Source: Longimicrobiales bacterium (GTDB taxonomy: Bacteria > Gemmatimonadota > Gemmatimonadetes > Longimicrobiales > Gaopeijiaceae). Taken from it: DNA of 64,000 nt. Under the pieces are notes generated by a model. The model saw only the letters and a program-made list of their open reading frames with translations, did no database searches and had not been told where the DNA came from. The stretch covers positions 448,001-512,000 of the forward strand of contig CAXXKM010000001.1 of NCBI GenBank assembly GCA_963664435.2. Reading direction: 5' to 3'. The translations under genes and the position numbers were made by a program. Below, piece by piece: positions 20,883 through 32,365 of the stretch (positions are counted from its first letter, which is position 1; the number at the start of each line of letters is the position of its first letter).

Positions 20883-22674
20883 GCGCCGCTTCGCCGGGGT
20901 CAAACGTTTCGCCGGCAACCGGCAGGCTTCCGCCGGTGAGTGGACCCGGCCGGACCTCGGAATCCAGTGCGAGCTGGAAGGCCGCGACGGCTTCGGAGAT
21001 GCCGTCTCCCGCGTAACGGAATTCTTCCGGGATGGCCTTCTGGCGGGCATTGGCCCGGTTGAGCGCCGCCTGCCTGAGCCTGTTCTCCACTCGCGGTTCG
21101 GACGTCGACTCCGGGCGGGCATCGTGGACCGCTGCCAATTCCGAGTTCAGATACTCCTTGAATTCGCGGATGACGGTCTGTTGGCGGGTGAACTTCTCAC
21201 AGTGATGACCGGTCGCAGCCAGCCGAATCGCCAGGGGCATCATGCGGGGATGATCCCTGGAGACCTTCGCGATGTACCGTGAGAAAGCCGGAAGCTGGTC
21301 CCTGGTCAGGCGTCGCCGGATTCCCATGATCCCCGCATAGAGCGCGTGTTGGCTCACCGGCTTGTTGATGTGCGGCACGGGATTGAGGTACTCCAGCAGG
21401 GTCAGGCAGCGCTCAAAGTAGTTCTCCAGCGTCGAGTCGTAGATCGTCCCGATGACCCGGAGGTACCCTTCCACCAACGTTGCGGGATCCATCTGCGGCT
21501 TGAAGTTCAGGGAGGTGGCGTTGATCTCGATGGGCTTGTCCAGCAGTCGGCCCTCGCGCTTCAGACGCTCCCACAGATTGGTGTCCTTGAGCGCGGTGAG
21601 CAGGCCGACCAGCGCGATCGGGATCCCGGTCTGCTGAATGAAGTCGATCTGGGCATCGAATGCGCTCTCGTCATCCTCATCGAGGCCGAGGATAAAGCCG
21701 CCCTGAACCTGCATCCCCTTCTGCTGGATCTTGCGCACGGCGGTGAACAGGTAGTTGTCGTCGCGCATGCTGATGTTCTGAGGCTTCTTCATCTTCTTGA
21801 GAGCCTTTGGATTGGGCGTCTCGATACCCAGGAAGACGGTGTCGAAGCCGGCCTCGATCATGACGTCCATCAGGTCGTTCATGCGGACGAGGTTCACGCT
21901 GGCCTCGGTGGACAGCGCAAACGGGTACCCGCGTTCCTTCTGCCACTCGGCGATCGCCGGGAGCAGACGCGTCACCTCGCGCTTGTTGCCGATGAAGTTG
22001 TCGTCGACCAGGAAGAGAGGGCCGCGCCATCCCAGTTCGTAGAGGTGATCGAACTCGGCCACCATCTGCTCGGGCGATTTCGTGCGGGACACGCGGCCGT
22101 ACAGCTTGGTGATGTCGCAGAACTCGCAGTCGAAGGGGCATCCCCGCGAGAACTGCAGGCACATCGAGTAGTAGTCGCTCATTTCGATGAGGTCGAAGCG
22201 CGGAAGCGGAGTGATGGTCACGTCGGGCTTCCTCGGCGCGCGATAGACCTGCTTCGCGGTGCCGTTCTCGAGGTCGTGCAGGAAGGCGGGGAAGGTCTCC
22301 TCGACCTCGTCGAGGACGAAGTGGTCGATTCCCTCCATCTCATGGTGGAAGGTGGTGGGGTGGGGTCCGCCGGCGATCACGGGAATCCCGGCCCGGTTGC
22401 AGCGCTCCACAGCCTGCTCGAGTGACGGACGCTGGACGATCATGGTCGACGTGAAGGCCAGATCTGCCCACTCCAGGTCGCTGTCCTCGAGCGAAGTGAC
22501 GTTGAGGTCGACCAGGCGCAGGTTGTACCGCGAGGGGAACATTGCGGCGACGGTGAGCAGGCCGAGGGGAGGAAAGGCGGCCCTGATGCCCAGGAGGTCC
22601 AGCGCGAAGTTGTTCCCCCAGTAGGTGGGAGGGTGCTTCGGGTAGATGAGCAGGGCATTGGCCATGGCGATCAT
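20875..22674 (-). CDS. swfC: B12-binding radical SAM protein (class B methyltransferase-like), SwfC-like
   Basis: FPPLGLLTVAA, AGGPHPT, RGCPFDCEFC (CxxxCxxC), VDDNFIGN, GFILGLD; ATGA overlap with the PKS stop. Confidence 0.82.
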   Translation of the reverse strand: MIAMANALLIYPKHPPTYWGNNFALDLLGIRAAFPPLGLLTVAAMFPSRYNLRLVDLNVTSLEDSDLEWADLAFTSTMIVQRPSLEQAVERCNRAGIPVIAGGPHPTTFHHEMEGIDHFVLDEVEETFPAFLHDLENGTAKQVYRAPRKPDVTITPLPRFDLIEMSDYYSMCLQFSRGCPFDCEFCDITKLYGRVSRTKSPEQMVAEFDHLYELGWRGPLFLVDDNFIGNKREVTRLLPAIAEWQKERGYPFALSTEASVNLVRMNDLMDVMIEAGFDTVFLGIETPNPKALKKMKKPQNISMRDDNYLFTAVRKIQQKGMQVQGGFILGLDEDDESAFDAQIDFIQQTGIPIALVGLLTALKDTNLWERLKREGRLLDKPIEINATSLNFKPQMDPATLVEGYLRVIGTIYDSTLENYFERCLTLLEYLNPVPHINKPVSQHALYAGIMGIRRRLTRDQLPAFSRYIAKVSRDHPRMMPLAIRLAATGHHCEKFTRQQTVIREFKEYLNSELAAVHDARPESTSEPRVENRLRQAALNRANARQKAIPEEFRYAGDGISEAVAAFQLALDSEVRPGPLTGGSLPVAGETFDPGEAARA

Positions 22675-25600
22675 GTGGCCTCTTCCAGCACGCGCCCGCG
22701 GGCTGACCTGTCGAGGGCCGGAACGGGCAGCGGACCGGAACCGTTCCCACCAGCCTCCGGGGAGGTCGAGCGGGAAGCGTTGAAATGATCTTCAGGCGCA
22801 TTCGCGAAGGCGGACGGTACGCGCTGCGCCCGCGGGCGGGATGCCGCGGATGCCTGTTCGGATGCCTGGCCATCCGCCTCCGCATGGTCTTCGTCGGTGC
22901 GGTCCTTTCCGGAGATGATGCCCTCTGCCAGCGAGAGCGAAGAGGCCGTGGTCATCAGTTCGAGGGCGCTGACACGGTAGCCGAACTCCGCCTGGATGAA
23001 TGTTCCGAGCTCGGCGACGGAGATTGAGGTGAGACCGAAGCTCGAGAGCGGTTCGTCCACTTCACCATCCTCGTGGCCGCAAAGCTCGGCAACCTTCCCC
23101 GCGATCCGGTCCACGACGGCTTCGAGCGTCAGTTCTCCCTCCGAGCCCGCTTCGAAGGCGTCGTGATTGTGCATGAGCCGCCCGATCCGCATGTAGTCCG
23201 GGAAGTCGACCGTCCATGAGGGACGTTCGAACAGGCAGGTGACCAGGTGGGGCCTGTCGCGCATCGCGCGTAGAGCGTAGTCCAGGTTGGCGATGGCCAG
23301 GTCGCTGCTAACCGGCGGAAGGCCGGCGGCGCGCATCATCCGAAGTACGGGAAGACTGCGCGCTGCCATCCCGGCGTCGGCGACGGCGGGCATGTTGTAC
23401 GTCAGGCACGGGAGGCCCTGCCTGCGCCGAGTGGCGGCCAGGCCGTCCAGGAACCCGTTGGCAGCGCTGTAGTTGATCTGTCCCGGGTTGCCCAGCATCG
23501 AAGCCGTGGACGAGAACAGAACGAAATGATCGAGGTCGAGGCCCGCCGTGGCCCTGTGGAGGTGCAGCGCACCCGCGGCCTTGGGCGCAAACACCCTTAC
23601 GAGGGACTCGACCGACATGTCGTCGAGCAACCGGTCGTCGAGCGCGCCCGCGAGGTGGAACACCCCCTTGAGCGGCCGCCGGACTCCCTGGACGCAGCGC
23701 TGGACATCCTCCTCCACCGCCACATCACCCTCGACGATGTCGAACTCGGCCCTGGCATCCATGTAGACGAGCGCGCTCGAACGCCGGACCCACTCCGCAT
23801 CGCGTCGACGCTGGGGGTCGCGGTCGAGGAGGGTGAGATGCCGCGCCCCAGCTGCCACAAGGTACGGAATCAACCGGAGGCCGAAGCCCCCCAGGCCCCC
23901 GGTGACGAGATACGTCGCATCCGCGTCGAACAGGGGCCGTACGTCCGCGACCGCGTATCCGGCAGCCGCGGAAGTCCGTGGAGCCGTCAGGACCAGTTTT
24001 CCCTGATGCCGTCCGGTCGTCATCAGGCGAAGAGCCTTGCCATAGTCCCGGTACGGGAAAACGGTAATCGGCAGCGGTGGCAAGGCACCCCGGCCGAGCA
24101 GGTCCATGCAGGTTTCGGAAAGCTCGCGGGTGAGGTGGGGATCGTCGATCATCAGGCGATCCACGTCGATGGCGGCGAAGCGCAGGTTCTTGCGGAAGAT
24201 GCGCAACCCGAGATCGTTATCGGCATAGATGTCGATCTTGCCGATTTCGCAGTGCCATCCTCCCGGGCGAAGGGCCTTCAGGCACAGTTCGATGTGGCGG
24301 CCGGCCAGCGAATTCAGTACCACATCCACCCCCTGGCCGCCGGTCGCCGCCATGAGGTCGTCATACCAGTCGTGGCTGTGCGAATCGAAGGCTCCGCTTG
24401 CGCCCATCGCCTTCAGCCGTTTGCGCTTGCCATCGCTACCGGCGGTCGTGTAGATCTCCGCCCCGACGTGTTTTGCGAGGGCGATGGCCGCCTGCCCGAC
24501 ACCGCCCATGGCAGAGTGAACGAGAACGCGCTGGCCCTTGTGCAGTCGAGCCAGGTGAATGAGGGAATAGTAGGCCGTGACGTAGACCGAGAGGGTGGAC
24601 GCAGCCTGTTCCATGCTCAGGCTGTCGGGTTTGATGAAGACCAGGTACTCGGGAACGACCACCCGGTTGGCGATGCATCCGCCGGCGATGAACGCCACCT
24701 GGTCGCCGACGCTGCAGTTCCGCACGTCCGATCCGACTCGGCGGACGATCCCGCTGCCCTCCATGCCCACGGCGTGTCCGAGCGCCGAACGCTCGTAGGC
24801 GAGCGCAGGCAGCAACCCCAGCGTGACCATCACGTCGCGGAAGTTGAGGGCCGCCGCCCCAACATCGATCTCCACATCGCCGGCTCCCACGGGCGGGAGC
24901 TGGTACGTCTTCATCTCGAGGCCTGCGATCTGCCCCGGGTTGTCCAGCGTGAGGCGGTACGGGGCGTCTTCGCCTTCCCGCAGCCGCGAATAGCGCTCCC
25001 GAATGCTGACCATCCGCGGCGCCCACAGGCGGTTTTTCCGCACCGCGAGTTCGCGCTCGCGCAGGTCGCACCCGGCAAGCCCAGCCAGCGTCTTCAGGTC
25101 GCCGGATTCACCGAGGTCCACCAGCCGGAAGTCGATCCCGGCCTCGTCGCCGACTTCCATCGCCATGCTGCGCACAGCTCCCCAGAGGGCGCTCCCCCTC
25201 GGGTCTTCGGCGTCCAGGACCGTGCGGCGCGTCACGACGGTCAGGCGGCAGACATCAGTCGACTGGTCCAGTCGGGCGGGCACCAGCGCCTGGACGAAGC
25301 CGATGAGATGCGCTGCTGCCTTCTCTCCCGTTGGATCGTCCGGGTCGGGGCCGCAGAAATAGTCGATGGCCCGGAGGTCGGCCGCCTGCGCCCAATCCTC
25401 GGAGGAATCGTATCTCCCGCTGACAACCACTTCATGGGGGAAATGTCGCACTTGGTCGGACGCACCCGGCAGGGACATCCAGTCCGAAGCCCAGCTCGCC
25501 GGATCGCCGAGCACCCAACGCGGCCCCGGGAGCGAATCACCGACGCTCTCGCCGCCGAAGCTGGCCGGCGCCTGCAGCAGGGTCGCGGACCGGCCGGCGC

Positions 25601-28536
25601 GGAGCGTGGTCCAATCGCCCCCGGGCTCGACGACACCGTCCTCCTCGTGGCACACCAGAACCAGGCCGCCCGGTACCGCCAGGCGACGCAGGAAAGCCCA
25701 GCGGTCCGCCTCCATCCGGTCGTCCGAGCCGTGGAGGAAGATGAGTTCGGCGCCCGCGGGCCGAAGGAGTCCCCGGTCCATGGCCGGCTCAACTGCCGGA
25801 TCATGACACTCGAACCGGAGTGCCGCGCTCCGCTGACCGAAGGCATCGTAGTGAGCCCGGGTCTCTTCTTCGCTATCGCCGACGAGGCAGAACTCGGACC
25901 GGCAGTCAGAGGTCGTAAGATGGTCCATGCACCGCGCCAGGATGGTCTGCCCGGGTTCGCGGCCTCCGGCGAATTCGACGACGTGACAGCCGAGACCTTC
26001 GCCCCATTCGGGCGCCTCCAGAGCGGCGATCAGCGCGGCCGGCTCGATCTCCCCCTCCGGCAGTGTCCCGGCAAGCGCCCGGCCACCGGGGATGAACTTC
26101 GGCTGCCAGGCTATCTCGTGCTTGCTGTTGGGCAAGTCGTTCCAGCGTGGATTGGAGGTGAAATACGTGTACTCGCCGATATGGGCCACGAGGTGCCCGG
26201 TCGCACTGTCGTAGAAGCTGATCGCGCCAGCGGCCCTCTCGCCGCGCTGGACCGAGTACTGTCCTCTCTCGTTGGCGTCCATCCAGTCCTGAGCGGGCCT
26301 CGTCACGTGACAGGTGATGCGGGGGCCGGTGGGTGGACGCAGGAATGTGGTCGCTTCCGCTCGCTGCGGGATGGCGAAGAGGTGAGAAGCCGTCAGCAGA
26401 TGGGAAAGGAAGATCTGCAGCCCGCCATCCAGGAGCGCGGGTGGGCCGGAGACGTAGCCTTCCTCTCGGCCGGTCCTCCAGAGCTCCTCGTCCATCTCGA
26501 TGTCGACGATCAGGGCCCGGGTGCCGGTATTCTGCCGGAAATGGCGGATGGTCTGGAAGTACGGTCCGTACTGGAAGGTCTCGCTGAGAACCGCCTCGAT
26601 GCGCTCGTAGAAATCGCTCCGTTTGGCGAACACGGTCTCGCACGAGGAGGTGTCGATGTCTTCGAGACGCAACGGAACGTCGACCGGATAATCGGACGCG
26701 ACCCGCGCGACCCTGCCGGGACAGTGCACCTCGCTTGCGGCGTCGACATCGTAGGGACGGGAAGAGATCGTGAAGGTGAACTCGTCGGGCGCGTTGGCGA
26801 CCGGATGCAGCGCGGTCTGCAGGCGCACGGGCGTCCCGGGAATCGGACACGGCTGCAGGAACTCGAGCACCTCGAAGTGGGCCGGGTCGCCGCCGAGCGC
26901 TTCGAGGACCAACTCGATGTAGGCGGCCGCCGGCATGATCGCGGCGTGATGCACCCTGTGGTCGGCCAGCCAGGGGAAATCCCTGGCCGAGAGCCGCGCC
27001 TCGAAGAGCATGTGGTCGCTCGGCACCCTGTGCCCGACCAGCGGACCGTGCGAGTACTGCCCCTGGCGGACGAAGAACTCGTCGTCGGTCAGCGGGTCGA
27101 CCGCCGCCTGCTCCTCCCTCGGATGACCGGGAAGCAGGTGAGCGATGGGCTGCGGTCGCGGATACTGCGCCGCAAAATCCAGGGCGACGCCGGCCTGGAA
27201 CAGTGCGCCAAGTGCCTCCTGAAAGGCCAGCCGGTCGTCGGAATCCCGCATGAGGGTCGGGACGCAGGCCGGAGCCGGGGACGAGCCCTCCAGGCACTGG
27301 ATGATTGAGGATTGAAGCGCGCTGTGCGGTGCGATCTCCAAGAACACATCCGGCTGGAAATCCCGGATCATGGTGTCGATGGCGCGCGCAAACCGTACGG
27401 GCTGCCGAATGTTCGACCACCAGTAGGCGGCATCGAGCCGCTCGACCGTGCGCCCCTCCACGGAGGAAACGAAAGGCGCCGTGGTTTCGAAGTCGCATGC
27501 GTCCAGGAAGGACAGGGCTTCCAGGGCTTCGTCGCGGATGGGTTCCATGGCGGTGGAATGGAACGCGATGTTCCCCGCCAGCAGCTGGTGCTGGAGTTTT
27601 CGCCGCGCCAGTTCCGCCATCACGGGCTCGAGCGCCGCCTCCTTCCCGCAGACGACCACGCTCGCCGGCGCGTTCTCGCAGGCGATCTCCACGGCGGGCG
27701 GCCCCTCCCCGGGCCGGAACGGTAGCTCCAGCTCGTCGAGCAATCCCTCCACACCGGGCAGGTCCAGCCCGATCGCAAGCATGCGCCCGGAGCCGGCGGT
27801 GCGCCGCTGGAGGGTCGCGCGGTGGTAGACCAGGCGGGTCGCCTCCTCCAGCGACAGCGCTCCCGAGGCGTAGGCGGCGGCGACTTCCCCCGAGCTGTGG
27901 CCCACGACACAATCCGGATACACCCCCCAGGTCTTCAGCAGCTCCAGCAGGGCGCACTGGATCATGAAGATTACGGGTTGGGCGAGCTGGACTTCATCGA
28001 GCGCCTCCTGTGGCGCGGAAAGGCATGCGTCCCGCAACGAGATGTCGGAGTGCTCTCGCCAGTGGCCCTCGATGGCAGCGACCGTGCGCCGGAACACGGG
28101 ATCCGCGTCGTACAGTCCGCGGCCACATCCGGCCCACTGCGTCCCCTGCCCCGAAAACGCCATCGCGATTCGCCGCTCGCCTCCCTCCACCGTGACGGTG
28201 GGAGCGGGGTTTGCGATGAACGCGTCCAGCGTCTCGATCAGCTGTGCGCGATCCCGCACCGCGAAGGCGGTTCGGGTGGCGAAGTGCGTGCGGCGGCGGC
28301 CGAGATTGCCGGCCAGCGTATAGAGGTCGACCCCGTCGTCGCCCAATGTCTTCCGGAGTTGCTCCGCGCTCCGTGTCAGAGCTCCGGCGGTCCGCGCCGA
28401 GAGCGGGACCATGAATCCCGCCCGCGGAGCCGGCGGCGACGACCACTCCCGCGGCCGCGCGGGCCGGTATTCGCGAACCACGCAATGGCCGTTGGCGCCG
28501 CCGAAGCCGAACGAATTGATGCCGACGACCACGGGC
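22671..28536 (-). pseudogene. swfA: SwfA-like type I PKS, 3' fragment (KS C-terminus-AT-DH-ER-KR-ACP)
   Basis: GINSFGFGGANGH (KS end), GQGTQW, GHSSGE and IAFHS (malonyl AT), LADHRVHHAAIMP (DH), HSAMGGVG (ER), TGGLGGFG and YSAAN (KR), GLTS (ACP). Confidence 0.85.
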
Positions 28537-28574
28537 CTGCGGAACCTGCCAACGACTTTGAGACACTTTCCGGT

Positions 28575-29612
28575 TCAGTTTAGCGAGCCCTCCTTTCCCC
28601 CGTTGGCCGACTCTGCGCCATCGACCGCCGTGACGGGGAGTGCGGGGTTGATCCAGACCTCCTCCGGGAGTTTCACAGCCCTCGGCGGGCCTCCCACGAA
28701 GCGGTCGGGGTGGGCGGCGTAGGCGGCGGCCAGTACGTTCTGCCGGTGCTCGATCACCTCGGGGGCGCGGCCGAGGTGGACCTGCTCTGGGGTGAGCAGG
28801 CCGATGCCGCCGTGCCGGTGTTGGGTGTTGTACCACTGGAAGAACTCCCGGCAGAAGTCCTTCGCCTCCTCGATGCTGCCGAAGCGACCCGGGAAGCCCG
28901 GGTGGTACTTGATGGTCTTGAAGTGCGCCTCCGAGTACGGGTTGTCGTTCGAGACCCTGGGGCGGCTCAGCGACTGCGTGACGCCCAGGTCGGCCAGGAG
29001 CTGCGCCGTGCACTTGGCCGTCATGGGAGATCCCCTGTCCGAGTGCAGCGTGAGCACGCGGGGCTGCACACCGTGCTTGAGACACGTCTCGCTGACCAAG
29101 TGTCCGGCCAGGCCCGCGGTCTCGCGCTCCGCCACCATCCAGCCCGTGACGTAGCGGCTGTAGATGTCCAGGATCACGTACAGGTAGAAGTACTGCCACT
29201 TCTCCGGCCCCAGCAGCCGGGTGATGTCCCAGGACCACACCTCGTTGGGTGCGCGGGCCACCACCTCGGGCTTCGGGTGGTTGGGATGGCTGCGCTGCGC
29301 CCGCCGCTCCCGAACCGCCTCCTTCTCGGCCAGGATCCGGTACATCGTCCGCTCCGAACAAAGGTAGGTCCCTTCGTCCAGCAGCGTCGCGTACACTTCC
29401 GCCGGCGCGCGGTCGGCGAAGCGCGGCGAGCACAGCACACTGAAGACCTCCGCCCGCTCCGCTGTGTCCAGGGCCCGGGCAGGAGCCGGCCGGGGCTGCC
29501 GCTGCCCGGTCTTCGGCCTCCGGCGACGGTAGAACGTGGCGCGCGCAACCCCAAGAGCTTTGCACGCCGCGCGTACACCCACGTGCCCGGCCAAGCCTCC
29601 GGCCGCGCTCAA
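28575..29612 (-). CDS. IS3-family transposase OrfB (DDE/rve integrase core)
   Basis: WSWDIT, LDIYSR, LHSDRG, DNPYSEAHFKTIK, WYNTQHRH; TTG start overlaps the orfA stop. Confidence 0.92.
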   Translation of the reverse strand: MSAAGGLAGHVGVRAACKALGVARATFYRRRRPKTGQRQPRPAPARALDTAERAEVFSVLCSPRFADRAPAEVYATLLDEGTYLCSERTMYRILAEKEAVRERRAQRSHPNHPKPEVVARAPNEVWSWDITRLLGPEKWQYFYLYVILDIYSRYVTGWMVAERETAGLAGHLVSETCLKHGVQPRVLTLHSDRGSPMTAKCTAQLLADLGVTQSLSRPRVSNDNPYSEAHFKTIKYHPGFPGRFGSIEEAKDFCREFFQWYNTQHRHGGIGLLTPEQVHLGRAPEVIEHRQNVLAAAYAAHPDRFVGGPPRAVKLPEEVWINPALPVTAVDGAESANGGKEGSLN

Positions 29613-30043
29613 GAGCGCTTCCCGTCCCCGGGGCTCACGCCCAGCAGCCCCGCAACTTTTCCCTGGACATCGATGATGATGCGCGCCTTGCGGAGTTCCT
29701 CGCGCAGCCGCGCGTTCTCCCGCTCCAGCTTCCGCACCTTCTTCGCCTCACGCTTTCCGCCCGACGACCTCGGGCCGCGCTTCTTCGCCAGACCCCGCAG
29801 CGACCCTTCCCGCGCCGCCTTCCGCCACGACGACAGGTGCGAACTATACAGTCCTTCGCGCCGAAGCAGCTCTCCGATCTCGCCCGGTGTATCGCAGGCG
29901 TCCGCCTTCCCGACGATCGACAGCTTGTACGCCGCCGTGAACCGCCGCCGCGTCGCCTTCGCCGCAACCTCCGGATCCGCCGGGGACGCTGCCGCGCTTC
30001 GCTTGCCCTCCCCCGAAGAGAGGGGCGTTCCGTTCACCTTCAT
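29609..30043 (-). CDS. IS3-family transposase OrfA (HTH + coiled coil)
   Basis: RRRFTAAYK, LLRREGLYSSHLSSWR, KLERENARLREEL. Confidence 0.88.
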   Translation of the reverse strand: MKVNGTPLSSGEGKRSAAASPADPEVAAKATRRRFTAAYKLSIVGKADACDTPGEIGELLRREGLYSSHLSSWRKAAREGSLRGLAKKRGPRSSGGKREAKKVRKLERENARLREELRKARIIIDVQGKVAGLLGVSPGDGKRS

Positions 30044-30133
30044 TCCTTCTCCTCGTGCCATCCTGCATCTCTCTGCCTCGCCCTACTCTAATCTCTTTCT
30101 CCTCTCGTGTCTCGCGCGTGTTGGCAGAGAGGG

Positions 30134-31380
30134 CTGTCCGGGAACGGCTCACAGTCCGTCTGCACCTGCATGGGGCCACGCTCGAAGTCGATCTCGGGAT
30201 TCGGAACGACGAAATTCTTCGAGGTCGGCGCGAAGGTGCGGCGCTGCATCATCAGCAGGACCTTGAGCAGCGCACAGTGGAACGCCGCCGCCTCCATGTG
30301 CCCGAGGTTGCTCTTCACGCTCGACACTCGAAGCGGCACCTCGCGCTCCACGCCGCCGAAGGCTTCCGCAATGGCGTTGCCTTCGATGCGGTCTCCGACC
30401 ACGGTCCCGGTGGCATGCGCCTCGACATAGTCGAAGTCCCCCGGCGCACGCCCTGCCCTGGCGGACGCCGTTCGCATCAACTCTACCTGGGCATGCCGGG
30501 TGGGCGCGGTGATGTAGCGTCCCTGCGCCAGGCCTTCGCTTCCATCCGCGGCGCCTGCCGCGTTGACCGCGGTCGCCTCGATGACTGCGTGGATGGGATC
30601 CCCGTCCCGCTCGGCCGCCTCAAGCGGCTTGAGGGCGAAGATGAAGGCGCCCTCCGAACGAATGTAGCCGTTGGCCTCGGCGTCGAAGGAATGGCATCGG
30701 CCGTCGGGGCTGATGACACCCAGGGCATTGAACGAAGCGCTCAGCCTGGAGGTGCCCAGGTAGTTCACCGACCCGACCAGGGCCTTTTCGCAGTCTCCGG
30801 AACGGAGCGCGGTCATCGCCCCGTGCAGAGCAGTGAGGCTCGCCGAGCAGGCCGTGCAACTGGTGATGGACGGCCCCATCAGGTTGAAATGGTATGAGAT
30901 GCGATTCGCCAGCATGGCAAGACTGATCGTCGTGACGTCAAACGGTCCCGCGCCGTGCATCGGTCTCCAACTGGCTACCGCGGGCACCTGCGCTCCGATG
31001 AAGATGCCGGTGGGGCTGTTGCGTAACGAAAGAAAGTCCCAGCCAACGCGCTCGAAGGTCTCCCAGGAACACGTCAGCAGCATCCTGACCTGGGGATCCA
31101 TCGAGAGCATCTCGTCCTGGGACAAGCCGAAGAGCTTGGGATCGATCAGCTTCTCGCCATCCTCACGGATCAGGCCCTCGTAGGGACTGGCGAAGCGGCC
31201 CGGACCCGAGAAGCGGCCGATGGGCTGGTAGCCCCGGCCGTACCGGTCCATTACGGGCTCTTGAACGATCTCGCGGTTGCTGAGCAGGCGCCAGAAGTCC
31301 GCATCCGTGCGGATCCCACCGGGCATCCGATAGCTGTACCCGACGATGGCAACCGGAAATCCGGGTGAAATGGCGCTCAC
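30134..31380 (-). pseudogene. swfA: SwfA-like type I PKS, 5' fragment (KS domain)
   Basis: VAIVG, MDPQVR, TACSAS (Cys), EAHATGT, KSNLGH; GTG start with GGAGG RBS; cut by the IS after PFPD. Confidence 0.85.
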
Positions 31381-31519
31381 TCCATCCTCCCGTGCAGCCG
31401 TGGTACGACCGGCTCGACTCAAAAATGTCGTACTTTTACCACAAACTGTCGCAGCGGTGATGTGGGTGCAACGACGAGGGATTGTCCGGAGTCGACCGAA
31501 CGGCCTGACGCAGAGTCGG

Positions 31520-31792
31520 TCAGCCCTCGTCCACCACCCGCTGCATGGTCTCGTCGGCGAGCTCGAACATGCCCGCCAGAATCTGCTTGCGCTTCAGCTT
31601 CAGCTCCTCGATTCGCGCCCAGAGGGCCTGGCGGATCGCCGTGGTGGCGGCGTCGCGCACTTCGGCGGAGAGAGTGGTGTCGTGCCTGAACTCGTATTTC
31701 TCGATCGCGAAATCGGCGATATCCAGAATGTTGTCGCCGACGATGTTGAAGTCGACCGCGCTCTTGACGGTGATCGCTCTATTGTCGCTCAT
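31520..31792 (-). CDS. Hypothetical helical protein
   Basis: 90 aa, GGAG RBS, GC3-rich codon usage. Confidence 0.7.
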   Translation of the reverse strand: MSDNRAITVKSAVDFNIVGDNILDIADFAIEKYEFRHDTTLSAEVRDAATTAIRQALWARIEELKLKRKQILAGMFELADETMQRVVDEG

Positions 31793-31849
31793 CGCTTTGG
31801 TTCTCCGTGAAACGTGAAATGCTCGCGTGCCGATCGTTCGGACGCCAGG

Positions 31850-32191
31850 TCAGGATTCGCCCATTGCCCGAACCGCACCGGCCCGGGATCTGTGTACGTC
31901 GATCAACTGGTCGAACCCGCTGATGGCCACGACCTCCCGGTTCAACTCGGTGAGGGCGCAGAGGGCGAATCTCCCGGCACCGAATCTCCTGGCCAGGATC
32001 AGGCACGCCCGGAGGCCGGCACTACTCATGAATGCGACACGCTCCATGTCCAGAATGAGGGCATCGTCCGCGGCCACCAGCCCGCCTTCAACAAGCCCCT
32101 GGAAGTCACTCGCGCTCGCGTTGTCGATGCGTCCCAGCACCGAAGCGATCGCGATGCCTCCCTCGCGTCGCCACTTCACGTCGACTCTCAT
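31850..32191 (-). CDS. STAS-domain anti-sigma-factor antagonist
   Basis: GRIDNA, LILDMERVAFMSSAGLR, VVAISGFD. Confidence 0.85.
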   Translation of the reverse strand: MRVDVKWRREGGIAIASVLGRIDNASASDFQGLVEGGLVAADDALILDMERVAFMSSAGLRACLILARRFGAGRFALCALTELNREVVAISGFDQLIDVHRSRAGAVRAMGES

Positions 32192-32365
32192 CCTTTCCCT
32201 CCGGTTTAGGGGAAACCCGTCATTCGCATGATCTCAGCTGACACACTGTCGCACGCTGCACGCGAAATGTCGCTACGCGCCGCAAAAGATCGCGCCCCGA
32301 GCGCAACGGGACAACCACGAGCCATGCGCCCGCCCCACTGGCTCCGCCGGGCAGACGTCAGGGGC

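Larger units (their letters stand above)
28540..30133 (-). mobile_element. IS3-like insertion sequence (1594 bp) inserted in the PKS KS domain
   Basis: Imperfect IRs TGCCAAC-N6-GAGACAC at 28547-28566 and 30107-30126; CTG direct repeat at 28537-28539 and 30134-30136; removing it restores the frame. Confidence 0.9.

Noticed and set aside
20875..22674. Hopanoid methylase HpnP
   Set aside because: Same broad family, but it is coupled to a PKS and there are no hopanoid genes in the window
23526..27308. 1260-aa plus-strand ORF
   Set aside because: Antisense shadow of the PKS caused by high GC3; no motifs. The same applies to the many other long overlapping ORFs.
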